The notes: a model not told the origin generated them from the sequence alone. 64,000 bases of DNA from Setoptus koraiensis (GCA_048013815.1 CM106585.1:16988001-17052000), one strand, 5' to 3'. Shown: positions 1-13,884, counted from the first letter of the stretch. Translations and numbers: made by a program.

Positions 1-60
1 ATGACAATGATGCATTTATCAGCTCACTAGTTTAAGTGTGTGTTATTCAAATTATGATCC

Positions 61-1845
61 ATGGTGATGCCAGATGAAATGACGGAAGTAAGTAATATTA
101 TTTGTCGAACACACATATTTTTATTTGGCTGGCGTAGGTCACCATGCAAATCAATCGCCACAAACAATATCAGTCCAACCACGAGCACAACATATGACCA
201 TCTCAACAGAATATCACCAAACTGAATTTGTCCATTCGCTGTTATAATATTCTCTTATTCTATCATGTTCATTAGGGTTTGCCTGCCGGCACAGAGGTCG
301 TGGCCAGGTATGACTTTGAGGGAAACTCCGACAAGGACCTGCCATTTGACAAAGGCGACATACTCACTATAGTATCACAGGCAATGGACACTAATTGGTA
401 TCATGCACAACATGTCGACGGCAGAAAGGGTCTCATACCAGCCAATTATATACAAAAAAGGTCCGAGGTCAAACTAAATTCTATGCCATGGTTTCATGGA
501 AAAATAACCAGAGACGAAGCAGAAACACTACTTCAGCCAAGAGAGGTAAACACAAACACCACCCGATCATTGCCAGTGACTTGTCACGGATGCTTTTGAA
601 CGATTCAACATTGTATTTTCTTCTAACATTATTTCTTGCATTCTTTTTTTTTCTAACTATGCAATCAGGATGGCTTGTACTTGGTCCGAGAGAGCACCAA
701 TTTTCCAGGAGACTATACCCTGTGTGTTTGCTGCAACAACAAGGTAGAACATTACCGAATTATATTTATGAACGCTAAATATACCATCGATGAAGAGGGC
801 TTCTTCAGCAGTTTAACAGAATTAGTTGCGGTGAGTTCTAACTACGAGGAAAAAATAACTCTCTTGTAGTTTCCGGCCTGACATCTATTTCATCATGATC
901 ATTTCTATCATCTTTCCACTCTGCCCCTACTCAATGATACAGCATTATCGACACGACGCCGATGGTCTTTGCACAGCACTCAAAGTTTCAGTACCTAAGA
1001 AAAGCGATAGGGGTGACCTCAAGGCTTTCGAGGCAGCCGGATGGGTCATCAAAACGAAAGATCTCAAATTTTCAGGTGAAAGTCTTGGCAAGGGCGAGAC
1101 TGGCGATGTTGAATTAGCTCTCTATGGACACCAGAAAGTAGCAGTGAAAAAGATGAAGGATTGTAAAGAGGCCATCAATAGCTTTCTCACCGAGGCCAGT
1201 GTCATGACATCACTGAGACATAAGAATCTAGTTCAATTACTTGGAATAACAATCGACAGTCCAACCATTTGCTTGGTCACAGAATATATGGAAAAGGGAT
1301 CTATAGCAGAATATTTGCGCTCTCGTGGACGCTCAAGAGTTTCTAAGTATGATCAAATCAAGTTTGCCACCGATACATGCGCGGGAATGGCTTATCTAGA
1401 GTTGAAGAAAGTTGTACATAGAGATCTAGCAGCCAGGAATGTTTTAATATCCGAAGATAATACAGCCAAAGTCTGTGACTTTGGCTTAGCCAGCTACGAT
1501 AAATTGGTCCAACTCTCTGGCCCAGTTCCAGTAAAATGGACAGCCCCCGAAAGTTTGAAATTTGGAAAATTCTCATCGAAATCGGACATGTGGTCTTTTG
1601 GAATTCTACTGTATGAAATATATTCATTTGGTCGCATGCCATACCCCAAACTTCTCGCAGACGATGTTGTTAAGCGCGTTGAAAATGGGTACAGGATGGA
1701 CGCTCCAGATGGTTGTCCAAGTGAAATCTATGATATCATGAAACAAGCATGGTCGGCTGATCCAAACAAGAGGCCCACGTTCGCTCTTGTTCTAAGCAAA
1801 CTCGAGCAGTTAAAAGAAACCACAGATGCATCTATTTTTACATGA
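61..1845 (+). CDS. Csk: C-terminal Src kinase (SH3-SH2-tyrosine kinase), ~453 aa
   Basis: Exons 61-87, 276-545, 669-830, 943-1845, all phase 0 with GT..AG. SH3 (ARYDF..DLPF..W..G.IPANY), SH2 ([14 protein letters not shown]), kinase [23 protein letters not shown]. No C-terminal regulatory Tyr tail, as expected for Csk. First exon is least certain. Confidence 0.93.
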
Positions 1846-2796
1846 CCGTCCACACCAAGTACATATGATAAAATGCAACTTGATATTTGTAAAGATTTTG
1901 TTGCATCAACTTTCTTTTACAGACTGACCAACAGGTACCTAGAAATATTTTAAACTAAACACGCACCATGATGGCTCCTACATTTTAACTGGTGCTATGT
2001 TAATATGAACACATTCCACACCAACTGCGTTCAGCTCGATTTGAGAATACTTCCGATTAATATTCAAGAGTACGAGATCTGACTGCTGGTAATTCTTTGA
2101 GCCGTTCGTTGCGAGATTCACACTGTGATCATTAACATTGTAAAAAAATCTTGAAATTGATAACCATTAACGCACATAATCTAAACATGATGCAAGTTTC
2201 ACTGGTCTGACATCTGTTTGTAAAAATGTCTAATGATGCCGTCCAGACGATATATGTTCATTAAATTCTTGGTTGTGAGTCCTGTATTATCCAACCACAA
2301 ATCAGGCATGTTCCTTACATGTTGGAAAACATATCACATTATGGTCGCATTAATCTGATTCCATCACAAATCAATGACAATAAAAATGTTGACATGATTT
2401 ACTCAATCAATCAGTTCGAAGGCAGGAGGTGGACTACGCTGTAAACGAATCAGGAAAAAATTATCAATAAACTCGTGGTATCTACTCTTTTCCGCACACT
2501 TTTGGTATGAAACAAGAAAAAAAATACACAATGAAAGAAATTGTACCAAGGTTATAATAAACTAAGACGACGAGTCGTGTAAATGAATGTATGACTTTTA
2601 TTATTAAGCTAACAACTATGACTAGAGAAAAGATTAGTTCGTGACTGCGATCGGAATTTTTCCGATTCGAATATCTGGTGACATTGCCCCGTTACCAGTA
2701 TCAAATCGATCTCTACCGAATCACCTATATTTAGCATAACTCTGTGTGATTGGATGTGATAGTAACATTTGAGTTTTTTCCTGTTTGATGTGGGAT

Positions 2797-3574
2797 TTAC
2801 AGTTTGTTTGGCTCATTGTCGTAAGAGTATATTTCTAGGGGTTCATGTTCACACAAGAGCAAAATAATACTTCCGAATAATATAATTGAAGATCCCCATC
2901 CCTGTAAGAACGATGAAATTTTAGTGGGTGAAAATAATTAGTATGCAAACAAAATTCTGAATTAGAGAATTGTACTTAAGAAGACATGGACATAATAATC
3001 TTACCAAGCCGTACGCAAAATTGAGTTCCCATGTGTCTCTGTTGGAATCTTCAATCTCAGCTAAAAATTGAGTGGGGTATAGAATTAATGCGATAAGATT
3101 GCAAACTAAACCAAGAATCATCGCATGCATGGATATTCTGTATAGCTTGAATTTGTTGTTGGATGGCGAACATAATCCTATGGCCAACATAACTGATGCC
3201 ACCAATGTAGATAATACTGTTATGAGGCACAAAAGGGTTGCAATCTTTATGTAACCTGTAAATCGTAATGAAATGAAGGTCAGTAGAATATCTCTGGTCA
3301 TCTGGACTCAAAATCTGAGGCCATCTCTAAATAGTACAAAATGCTTACCAGCGTCTCTGTTGGGATAGCAACCTGGCTCTAGGCTGTCCAATCCGAAAGG
3401 AGATTTCAAATTAGAAAAACCCGGTTCTACACAGAGATATATCAAGCCTTGACGGAACTTTTCTGCAGTTATCCAATATGAGGAGGTCAGACAGACGATC
3501 ATGAAGATGAGTACGATCAAAGTACAACAGAGCACCATGATCGATATCTGTCTTGGTGTCATTGATAGCGCCAT
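2797..3574 (-). CDS. TMEM47: Four-TM claudin/PMP22-superfamily protein, TMEM47/VAB-9-like, ~193 aa
   Basis: Exons 3574-3349, 3255-3005, 2901-2797 (GT-AG, frame-consistent). W...RQGL..LC motif in loop 1, four hydrophobic segments, AYGLGWGSS motif before TM4. Confidence 0.75.
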
Positions 3575-4613
3575 TTGGGGATCTAAACCCACTGCTATTG
3601 CTATCTTCGTCTAGGCCTTCAATCGGAGCTGTTTTTCAGGTTTCACACTAACATTAACGCTAGATTAACTCAGATGTCGAATTAATCCGGGCAGACTATC
3701 CATTATGGTTGCTAATCTGTGATCCGCTATGTTCTATCACCATCTATTGTTAATTCACTCTTGCAAGTCAAACATAATTTCCCAATAAAAATAGCATTAA
3801 ATCTTGCATAACCATCCGTTGTTATGAATTATCTATATTTTTTTTTATATTATTTGAATATAACTCGGATTTCTTTCAACTAGTCGCAAATGAGGCCACT
3901 TTCGTCAGCGTAGCTGTTCTACAATATAATTTAGATGAGAACGCCATGAGAGGCTCTCCATTCATTGCGAGTTCTCGTGCACGAGCTTCATGCTTCGATT
4001 TGAGCTGCTAATACGACAATTGCCATACATCATTTAGTTCCCGTTAGTTCCAGATGAGGTCGCTCGATGTGATCACACTATCACTAAAGTCGATGGCTGT
4101 GATGTCAAGGTAATCGCTTTGTCAGCCGATGGTTCCGGTATGATTTGTGCTAATACTGTAAGATTTAATTAATTTACTCATTAATCATTCAATATTCTTC
4201 AACTGGTTGATTGGTACGCTGGTTGCACTGATTAATATAGAACTTAGAACAACATTTACACGCCCCCTCTCGGACTTCACCGGTATCATCGATAATAATT
4301 TCAGTGATCTTTCATTTTTTTTTTCTCAACGACATCCCAAACAACAACAATTGTATTACCAGAACATATTATCAATAATCTCGTGCAAACCTACACCTTC
4401 ATTTGTAACAAGAATGATCCATCATTCTTCGGGCACCCAATTGGATCTATTTAGTTTTGAACTCTCCGGATCATTTTGGTAGAATTGAACGTTGCTTGGT
4501 TGCTAGATATTATATGTTCTATCTTGTTTTACAACGACAATCAAAACAACCATATTTAATCATACACTGGCCATTCTCCGACTATTGATAGTACACAGAT
4601 AAATCAAACAAAA

Positions 4614-5224
4614 ATGAGCCAAAGAGACAAAGAAGGAAAAGCTGTCGACAGATTAAAGGTTAGTACCCACAATGTAATAAGTTATCTATGAAGCACGAAT
4701 AATCTCTATTAAAAAGGTTCTCTCGCATACGGCGCCCCAATAAAATTCCACCAGCTATTAATTAACAATGTGCTCACTCCCACCCCCTCATATCACTGTA
4801 TCATTTCTAGGTTTGTCCTCTGTTACTGAGGCTTTTTCTCAGCAAAAATCGCCACCACACTCCCATGGAATTCAAAGATGGCAAAACCCCACCTCCCATA
4901 AGCGAGTTGCAAATCTACACATGGACAGATGCAACTCTGACAGAATTAATGGGTCTAGTTCGAGAGGTTAGAGAGGAATACCGCCAAAAAGGTACAACCT
5001 TCAATTTCTCTGTAGTGTACCCCGAGCCAAGGTCTCCTGGTTACCGAATGAGAGATATTGGAGAGACATGTGGTGGGAAGACTGGTCCAGATGATGACAT
5101 AACATTAGCCCAATCGAGATTCCAGATAGGAGACTACATTGATGTTGCCATTAGGCCGCCGGGGCAAACACAGCGCCCAAGGGGCAAAGGTCCCATCCTT
5201 ACTGGCAATCGAAAAAATAAATAA
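4614..5224 (+). CDS. SAP18: Sin3/HDAC-associated protein 18 (ASAP/PSAP subunit), 152 aa
   Basis: Exons 4614-4658 and 4811-5224. Spliced product reads VDRLK|VCPLLLRLF...ELQIYTWTDATLTELMGLV...FQIGDYIDVAI, the SAP18 signature. Confidence 0.95.
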
Positions 5225-5694
5225 TTTTGAATATTTTAATATAGACTCAATACATGCTACAGTAACTGGTCAAAGTATAATACTTTCATCTATTTATTTA
5301 AAAAACTTATCTTGTTAGAGTACAAAATGGTTTATTGACTAGCTATTGATAACTGTTTTTATTTATTTTCAGGATTTTTAGAGAGCAGCCCCGGAAACTC
5401 TCCCTTTTAAAAGTTCGCGCCTCCGCTTCTTGGGAGCATTTGTAATTGATTTTTAGTTTGTGTGAACTGTATTGTCATTGTGATTGCGCATTTTGGTCAA
5501 AAAAATCTATCGATCAGTAGTCAATTTCTGGAATTACCTTGTAAATGACATATGCATAGATATCCGATAACCAAATATCGTCTCAAGCATAAGGATACAC
5601 ATTCACATATTATCACCAACACACATTGATCTTTTGTATGTTTGCGTAATACACTGTGGTATAATTTTGTTCTATTAAAGCAATCTCATCAAAT

Positions 5695-8529
5695 ATGACT
5701 ATCAAGATCACAATAAAGACCTTGGACTCAAGAAATTATGATTTCGAAGTGGAGGATGATCTTACTGTGTCGCAGTTTAAGCAAAGAATTGAGCCTTCTG
5801 TCAATGTCTCTGCCAGTGAACAAAGGTTAATCTTTTGTGGTCGAGTACTTCAAGATAATAGCAGGCTACTAGATTATGATTGCCACGGCAAAGTCATTCA
5901 TCTTGTACAAAGAGCTCCACCTTCTTTGAGGAATAACGGAAATGATTCAATAGCTGCCAATGATAGTAATAACAATAATGACAACGTGCAGGATCTATAC
6001 TTGAATGGTCAAAACCAGCCTAGATTCCGTCTTTTGGGTGATGACATTGTTTCATTTAGTGCAATGACCCTCTCACCTGATGGTGCTATAGATGCCGACA
6101 CAATGCGTCAGATAATCCAGGGTCTTCTAACTTATGCCAACCAAAACAATATTTCTAGAATATTACCCGATGGGCCATCTGTAGAGTTCAATAATGGCTT
6201 GCCCACTAATGATGTCCAGAGACGATTGCTCAATGCTGGCCGTATGTTAAGATTCACTTTCATTGCGATCGATGAGTGTAGAAGACAATTGAATGCATTA
6301 GAGGCTCTGGCAACTGGCAGGGGCCCGAACTTGAACCTCTCGACTCAAGAAATTCCAAATATTCCTACATTGGAATTCGTTAACAATGAACGTCTAGATT
6401 CGGTTTACAATCAACTGCTGGAGAGTCTCGCTCAAGCTGAGGATTTGTTTCGACCTTTGTCAGCGAGACATCGCGAAATGCTCAATCTATCAGTGGCCAG
6501 CACTACTACTGACAGTAATCAACAGAACTCTATGACCCCTCAAGTTCCGCATTCGTCCCATCAAGAACCATCAACTTCCAGCCAACCATCTGTGTCGGAT
6601 GAATCACCTCTTGAGTCCAAAAAAGAAGAACCTAGTGAGGACAATCAAACTCGACCTGCGATATCTGAGAGAAGCTATCAAGAGGCACGGATTCTTTGCC
6701 GATTTGTACCAAGAATTTTGCATCATCTAGGTCACGCGTGCCACGCCCTAAGTGACTTTTCTACGGATCTCAGACGGCAATCTACAACAACAAATAGTCA
6801 CAATGTTCATCAAGAGACAGTTCAGATGGTGGGAGTGCCCGCTTCCGGTTTACCTATTCCACATGTCTCTTTTGGCTTTGGACCGATACCGTTGTCTAAT
6901 GTTAGAGTGCATTCTTCCACATCCAGTTCGTCAAATAACGAGACTAATAATCGAGTTCAGGGCCAAGTAACAGTGAACTTTGAATCACCACGACAAACTA
7001 CTGGGCAAAATCGCCCTGAACAAGCTTCATCAGAGCAGACACCCTCAGGATCGGGGCCTACAGCACCATCATCAACTGGACAAGTACCATCTGGACCAAC
7101 ACCTACAGAACAAGCACCGTCAGGACAAGCACCGTCAGGACAAGCACCGTCAGGACAAGCACCGTCAGGACAAGCACCGTCAGGACAAGCACCGTCAGGA
7201 CAAGCACCGTCAGGACAAGCACCGTCAGGACAAGCACCGTCAGGACAAGCACCGTCAGGACAAGCACCGTCAGGACAAGCACCGTCAGGACAAGCACCGT
7301 CAAGACAAGCACCGCCAGGACAAGCACCCATAGGACAAGCACCATCCGGACAAGCACCGTCTGGGCAAGCACAGACCCGGAATGTACCTCGTGGTAGACG
7401 GCAACCAGTGGGTTTAATCTCCGGGAATATACCCACATCCGATCCATTTGATTATTATCTTCCATGCAATTCTAGGTGGGCTAGACCTGTGATGCCTCAG
7501 AACAGAACCAACAATTCTGGAGATAGGCAAAGAACGGGATCAGAGCCGCCTTCTGTTGTAAGACAGACTCAATCCGCGAATCAAGCCACCGCTCCCCCGA
7601 CCTCTCAATCGGCGCCCAGACAACCCAACGCCCCCCTCAACCAGCAAACTCAAACAAGGCCTACCTCAGTAAATACTAGTATTGGACATATACCTATAAA
7701 TCTAGGTGGTCTCATTGAGAACGCTATGAACTCTTTCATGTCAGCGGCGAATGGCCAGCAAAATAATTCTACTACTAGAACTCACAATATAAACATTATT
7801 CAGAACCTTGGTGTTATCCCGGAAATCGCCAGGAATGCAGCTAGTGCTGCGGTTAGTCAGTTTTTCGCGGCGGCTACAGCAAATCCGACGGCCACCGTTG
7901 CCAATGATCAGTCGAGTCGTCCATCAGCTCCAAGCATGCCTGATCCAGTAACTCCTCCATCCAGAGTGGACGTCAATGTTGAAATGATGGATCTTGATAA
8001 CGATTCAAGCACAGACAATTTCGTGGATGCCTCTGATAGTAGACCACAGCAAGTGACAGGAAACAGAAGTCCTTCGCAACAACCAGCATCAAGCCGTTTG
8101 CACATGCATGCCGAGGCTTTGAACCGAGTTATCGAACGCCATCAAGGGTGGTTACCCATAATAGAAGAGGATATTCGTATACAGGAGCGTCTCATCTCAC
8201 TGGAAAATAGGCCCCTGAGCGATGGTTATATAAATTCCGTTCCCAAGAAAAAGAGGCGATTGTTGGCAATACATTCTGAGTCAGCCTCCATTCTTCAACC
8301 TTCTTCATCACAGTCAATAGAATCACTGCTAATGCGAGCAATCAATTCAGCTAACATACCTAACCAAGCAAACTCGTCAATGATGCCTATCATTTCAGAA
8401 TTGGCTGCTGACCCTGATGTTCAAGTTGCTTATGACGCTCACATCCGGAACGCTGTTGGACAAAGGCTGAGGAGCGACTCGGATTACAACCCAACCAAGT
8501 TTGAACATAGTAACATATATTTCAAGTAG
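5695..8529 (+). CDS. BAG6: BAG6/Scythe: N-terminal UBL, low-complexity middle, C-terminal NLS and BAG-similar domain
   Basis: Intronless 944 aa ORF. UBL (IKTLDSRNYDF...EQRLIFCGRVL). C-terminal WLPIIEEDI...LSDGYINSVPKKKRR and RSDSDYNPTKF match the BAG6 C-terminus. Confidence 0.92.
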   Translation: MTIKITIKTLDSRNYDFEVEDDLTVSQFKQRIEPSVNVSASEQRLIFCGRVLQDNSRLLDYDCHGKVIHLVQRAPPSLRNNGNDSIAANDSNNNNDNVQDLYLNGQNQPRFRLLGDDIVSFSAMTLSPDGAIDADTMRQIIQGLLTYANQNNISRILPDGPSVEFNNGLPTNDVQRRLLNAGRMLRFTFIAIDECRRQLNALEALATGRGPNLNLSTQEIPNIPTLEFVNNERLDSVYNQLLESLAQAEDLFRPLSARHREMLNLSVASTTTDSNQQNSMTPQVPHSSHQEPSTSSQPSVSDESPLESKKEEPSEDNQTRPAISERSYQEARILCRFVPRILHHLGHACHALSDFSTDLRRQSTTTNSHNVHQETVQMVGVPASGLPIPHVSFGFGPIPLSNVRVHSSTSSSSNNETNNRVQGQVTVNFESPRQTTGQNRPEQASSEQTPSGSGPTAPSSTGQVPSGPTPTEQAPSGQAPSGQAPSGQAPSGQAPSGQAPSGQAPSGQAPSGQAPSGQAPSGQAPSGQAPSGQAPSRQAPPGQAPIGQAPSGQAPSGQAQTRNVPRGRRQPVGLISGNIPTSDPFDYYLPCNSRWARPVMPQNRTNNSGDRQRTGSEPPSVVRQTQSANQATAPPTSQSAPRQPNAPLNQQTQTRPTSVNTSIGHIPINLGGLIENAMNSFMSAANGQQNNSTTRTHNINIIQNLGVIPEIARNAASAAVSQFFAAATANPTATVANDQSSRPSAPSMPDPVTPPSRVDVNVEMMDLDNDSSTDNFVDASDSRPQQVTGNRSPSQQPASSRLHMHAEALNRVIERHQGWLPIIEEDIRIQERLISLENRPLSDGYINSVPKKKRRLLAIHSESASILQPSSSQSIESLLMRAINSANIPNQANSSMMPIISELAADPDVQVAYDAHIRNAVGQRLRSDSDYNPTKFEHSNIYFK
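7111..7365 (+). repeat. 15-bp coding minisatellite CAAGCACCGTCAGGA (QAPSG)n in BAG6
   Basis: 12 identical units (7111-7290) followed by 5 diverged units, read directly from the sequence. Confidence 0.98.
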
Positions 8530-9103
8530 CATGGGTTTTATACAGAAACGGTGAGACCCTTTTAATCCGGAACCTTATTTGATATATCACAAACAGAATA
8601 AATAATCTAACAGCTGTTCTCGTGAAGCAGCACAATCATATAATCACAAATTGGTAGCTGATGGTATTCGGATCGTTCTTCTTTCCTCTTCTGTCTGGTG
8701 CATTTAAGACGAATCTTTTTCCTTCTGTTAGCTTGCTATAGAAACACGGTTCTATACTTTCATCACAGCAAGAGGCATAAGAACGTCAAAATCCGCCCCT
8801 TAGAAACTTTTACTGTTTAAGCCGGCGCAGCCTTGTCATAATATTTTCGCAACTACGCTTCATCGGCACACATGAAATCACATGTGGTAAGATCAAGCAT
8901 GCACTTGATATTACAACTTTCATATCAAATGATGTCCACAAAATGAGAGATAATCATCAATCATCTCATTTTGATTATACTAAGTGCTCGTAACTATTTC
9001 AGGTAGAAGTTATTTTTTCATTTTGTAATTTATTTGCGACATGAAATGGCATAAAGAGGTACAACATAAGTTGAAAGAGACATAAAATTGATCCTTTCCA
9101 ATT

Positions 9104-12100
9104 TCAGCCTTTTTGGGCCGAGACGGTGTTCTGAACGCAACAACTCCGAGCAACGGATTCGAAGAGCCTAAAATAAATAGATATGACGATAACAGATGGG
9201 AGAAATAATAGTTAATATGAATGAAAATTAGCTCGTGACTGTGTAAAGTGCGTACTCGCTCATGAATCTTCTTCTCTACTTACTTTTCTATCTCTGGGGC
9301 ACACCGCACAAACTCGTGATTCCAAAACTTGAAGATGGGATTCTTTATAAGTTCAATAAAAGTTACTAGCAGGCCCCATGGGTGTGGCCTCATGATAATT
9401 AGTCGTTCAACCAAAACTCGAGTTATTTGTTCTTGAATCTGATTCATATTCGCTTCGGCGAACAAGTATAGCAATGCAGAGCTGAAGTAGTGGGTATGCG
9501 AGTTGGGGTATCTTAGTTGATTGGCGATGGCATTCAAAAGAAGATATCTTCCCTCAGTGTCCAAAGTTATAGCGAGATGGTGGAAAATGTCTATGTGGGC
9601 TGTGTTGGCGATACTAGACATTGTAATCGGTCTGGGAGCGATAGCGTTTATAGCTGACTGGCCAACGTATAAAACGACTGCGTTCAGCAGTGGAACGTTG
9701 AGCGATTCATTGGATGATGCCGAATCAGCCACATTAACAAGATACTGTGGTTTTGCCCTGAGATAGAAAGCCAATATGTTAGGGAAACCATGAGGTGTCC
9801 TAGTTCGTAGGTAAATATCGAGCTCATCTTTGAATGTTATCTGATTGAATATGTTAAGTTGAATCGAGCTTGTTTTGGGTGGTTGTGACATTTCAGGCAA
9901 CTGTTCCATCTTCAGATTTGGTGTGAACGGGTCGGGAAGTCGCATTTTTCGCGGGAAAGCACTCAGTACCAAGTTCCGCATTTGTATTGCATTACATGGT
10001 ATGACATCACATAGACTGTAGCAATATTCGCAGAGGAATTCCGGAAAGTCATGTAATAGAACCAAGAATACCTTGAGAGTTCCTTTATAGAGCAAATCAA
10101 CAGATGGTGGTAGTTCGACGTTGCGTAGGAAAGGCGCTTCAAATTTCACCAAATCTATGAGGAGTTGAGCGTAAAGTGCCCATCCTCTGGTGCGATTGTT
10201 CGGGAAGCCATTCAAACATTTTTCGGCGAATATTCGATGTGCCAGAAAATCTAACCAAGCAAAAGCGAATGATGGTACCTTGCTGGGTCTTAGAGTCCGC
10301 AACGTTTTGCAAAATTGGTTCAATACCTGGAATTGAATGTTTTCAGTAAGCGCATCTAAAGTGGGGTTTAATTGATTGAAATTGAACGAAGCTTGAGTTG
10401 GTATCCCTAGAGAAGAAGGTGTAAGTGTAAGCTCTATGAATAGCAATATCAGGATGCGGTAGTAAGCTAGATGCTGAAATTCCGCTTGGCGTGACTCTTG
10501 GTCTCTTATCGCGACCGAAGCTATGATGGATAGTATCTTGGAGAGCAGATGTATTTTTGCAGTTGGTCCAGGTGAACCGCTTGATGGGCTGGAAGAACCA
10601 GAATTCTTGATCAACAAGACAATCAGATGTGTGAAGGCATCCAAAGTGCCATAACACTTGTTTCTGAGGTCAAGAGAATTAAAACCATTCTGAGTTTGAT
10701 TAGCAAATAAGCGATAGCAGGATTCGACGCACATCTCGGTCGAGAGACGAAAGAATCTTGTTATGAGGTCATCAGTCTTGAGTATACCATGTGCATTCAT
10801 TTGTTGAACGAAAACAGGAAACATTTTGGTTGCATGAGGCGAGGTTTGATAAATTCCAATCCATTCACGCAATAATCGTTCTGTCTTTTCAATTAAACCT
10901 GGTGGATCACCATCAGCAGTCTCGCGCTGGAGTGCAATATTGAGGCTAGAATTTCCCAGTTGATTCTGAGGACTGGCATTTGACAGTTCAGTGAAAGCAT
11001 TAGAAGACTGCAGCACCGTATTGTTCTGAGATACGTAACTGGACGGTGTATGCCTACTACTCGATTGAAGTGTTTCCAGGCAGCTTTGAATTTCCAACAA
11101 AAGACCCGGACTAGCAACAGATTTGAGCCTTGAAAGCAATTCAACTGTCTTCGGTAAGCTTGACTCAGAGAACGAACCACCGAATCTGTGAATAAATCGT
11201 ATTACAACAGAAGGATTCATGGATTGTTCGGTCACTCTGACGAGTTCTTCATCGAAAGTTGCAGAATTTGTCAAGTTATTTTGTACAAGATGGTCCAGGA
11301 ATATCTCTGGTCCAGTAGACTTTTTCAGGTCGTGAATGTTGCTTATTAATTTGCTCCAAGCGTGACGAGTTATGTGTCTCGTTGTCGGTACAAATCCAAA
11401 GGTTTCGGCCAGTGCTTTCAGGAGAAGCATATGTAGCTCGCGACCTCGGCAGATTGTATTGTAATCTAGAGTAGTGGTGTAATCGAAAACCAATTCATAC
11501 ATAGAATCCAGTATTTTTGAAATAAGTAATTTATAAGTTCTGTCTAGTGGATTACTTCGCATAACACCGAGCAATTGTATTATTTGAGCTGTGTTACTTG
11601 CTAAAGTTGGGGCTGGTAGAGATTGTACGAGTTGTTGCAATTGAGGAACAAGTTCGCTCAGAAGTTCCTCCAAGAAGCTCATGCTGGTATCAGTGTTTGC
11701 GACACTCGGTGTAGTGGCGGTTTTAGGTTGGTCTCCTAGTAATTGTGAGAAAGCTGGGAGTCTTTCGGGCTGAGGAGCAAATTGGTTCGGAGTCATGACT
11801 CTTGATGAGAACAGTTGATTCACCAGGCTGTTTGCTGTGGTAGCGTTTAACGGACTTCCACTCCGAACATTGTTAGAGGGCGCGTTCCCTAATAGAATAT
11901 TTGACGTAGATGATGCGCTACTTACAGTAACATCTTTGAAAGGTGAGTTAGTGTTCAGGCTGGGCATAGGTTGATCTATGACTGCGTTCTTTGGTTTTTT
12001 GAAACCGGAAATATTTTGACCTAATTCCTCGTACATACGCAACTGATCTTGAAGTATGGGTCCAGTCTTCAGCCTTATTGGCTCTGGTATAACCTTAGTA

Positions 12101-13852
12101 TGATAGGCCAAAACCTCTTGATCGCAATAATGACGGCCCTCGGCTTTAGCATTGCGCCGAAGTTCATATTCATTCTGGAGAAGTTTGTCAAGTTCAGAAA
12201 CCGCTTTTTCTACAGCAGTTTTGATGATGAATGCGCGTGCAAGATCTAGGTTATCTTTGGCAATGACTGTTGCCGCATGATCTGACTGCTCGATTGGGAT
12301 GCATGCGCTGGCTCTGCTGAAAGCCATTTTTATGTTTGCAGATAGAGAGGTTTCGAGATGATCAGTGTCTCTGCAAGAAATCATCGCCATGTATGATACG
12401 AGGTGCCTGATTAGATAGTGTGCAGCTATACCCATACGGTTTTCTTCAGGGTCCAATGCAAAGTCTTTCTTGACAATCTGTTCTGCTGTTGATAAGCATA
12501 TTTTAAGAGATCTTTCAAGTACAGCTGGCAGCCATTCTGAGATAGCTAGCTCTATGGCAGGTCTTACAGCAGACCGCAAACCAGGTTGCAGGTTGAAAAT
12601 AGTCAAGCTAGGGTGTATTGTGATTAATGAATGAAGACTACTAGTATTAGTCACATCCAACTCACTGTAATTGAACTTACTGACCCAAGTCACAGGTGCT
12701 CGCTCGACTGTACAGGGTAGCACCGTGCCAAGCGGTCCTATGACCGAGCTAGTGACAGGTTGTGAGGCCATTGACGTCAGTGGTGGCGTTGTTAGTGGAG
12801 ACAAAGAGGAACCGAATTCATTTTGTCGCATCATGATTGAGTTGATTCCAGGGGTTATATGCTGTTGAGAGGCGGGAACTTGTGGAAGTGATGAAGCTTT
12901 GAATGCATGTTGTTGTTGGATTGTTTGCATTGTCTGCTGTGTAGATTGTTGTGTCTGTTGCTGTTTTCCACCCAATTGACATTCAATTCGTGAGTAATAC
13001 TTCTCATCATTCAAGATATTGCTCTGGCCGACTAACCTATTTAAATCCATGTTGAGGTTATTGAATAAAACCTCAACTTGGAACTCTAAATTTAGTTTCA
13101 GATTCGGCTGCTGTCTTAATTCGACCAATGCTTTTAGTAGTCCTAGAACAAATGGGTTGGTAGGCTTAAAAATCTTTGATTTTTGAGTAGTCCTCAGTAT
13201 CTCGGCCAGAAACGGGACAACGTATAACAACTCTTGTGTGCCCTTATGGTATGCCTCAACAAGCAAACCTTTCAAGTCAAGATCGACATGAAGGATGGGT
13301 TTATTACGGGCAAGAGTGAGAAGACCTAACCATTGTCCCAGGTTCTTAAGTAAAGTTCGGTCGCTAATATTGTCAACCTTCTTATCTATTCTTAAGAGGA
13401 GCTTGATGTTGCGGTAGGTTTCCCTCGTTATAACTTCTATCAATTTTGGTATCTTCAGCTCGTACAGGAAAATCGCGTACAAGGGCTGAAAATTTTGTTC
13501 CAGAGCGGCTCTTTTGGTCGAGAAATATTGAGCTATCCATCCATAATAAGTATCGTCGGTTCCGAAGAGCTCTTTGAACTCTTCGGCTTTCTGTTTTAGA
13601 TTCATCAATGATAAATTGTTGATAATGAAGAAGACTTTGTCTTGGACATACTCAGGAGGTGCGGGATAATTTGCAGTGCTGCCAGCAGCTAGCAGGTTGT
13701 CTATATTAGCATTATTAGCGATCGAGGGTCTGGTCGCAACGGGTGCAGGGGGCCCTCCAGTAACAACGCGTCGTTGTTGAGCCTGTTGATGAGTTTGGAG
13801 TTGTTGTAGAGGTTGTTGCTGCTGCAGAGGCTGCTGAAGTTGCTGCTGCTGT

Positions 13853-13884
<32 letters not shown>

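Noticed and set aside
4084-4104. miR-2/13-like ATCACAGCCA on the minus strand
   Set aside because: A 9-10 nt match is near chance level in 64 kb, and the putative star arm pairs over only ~5 bp.
7111-7365. CRISPR-like array
   Set aside because: Head-to-tail repeats without spacers, in frame in a eukaryotic CDS.
6957-7465. (ACPDG)n, (QDKHR)n and (LTVLV)n ORFs
   Set aside because: Alternative-frame and antisense shadows of the 15-bp repeat inside BAG6.
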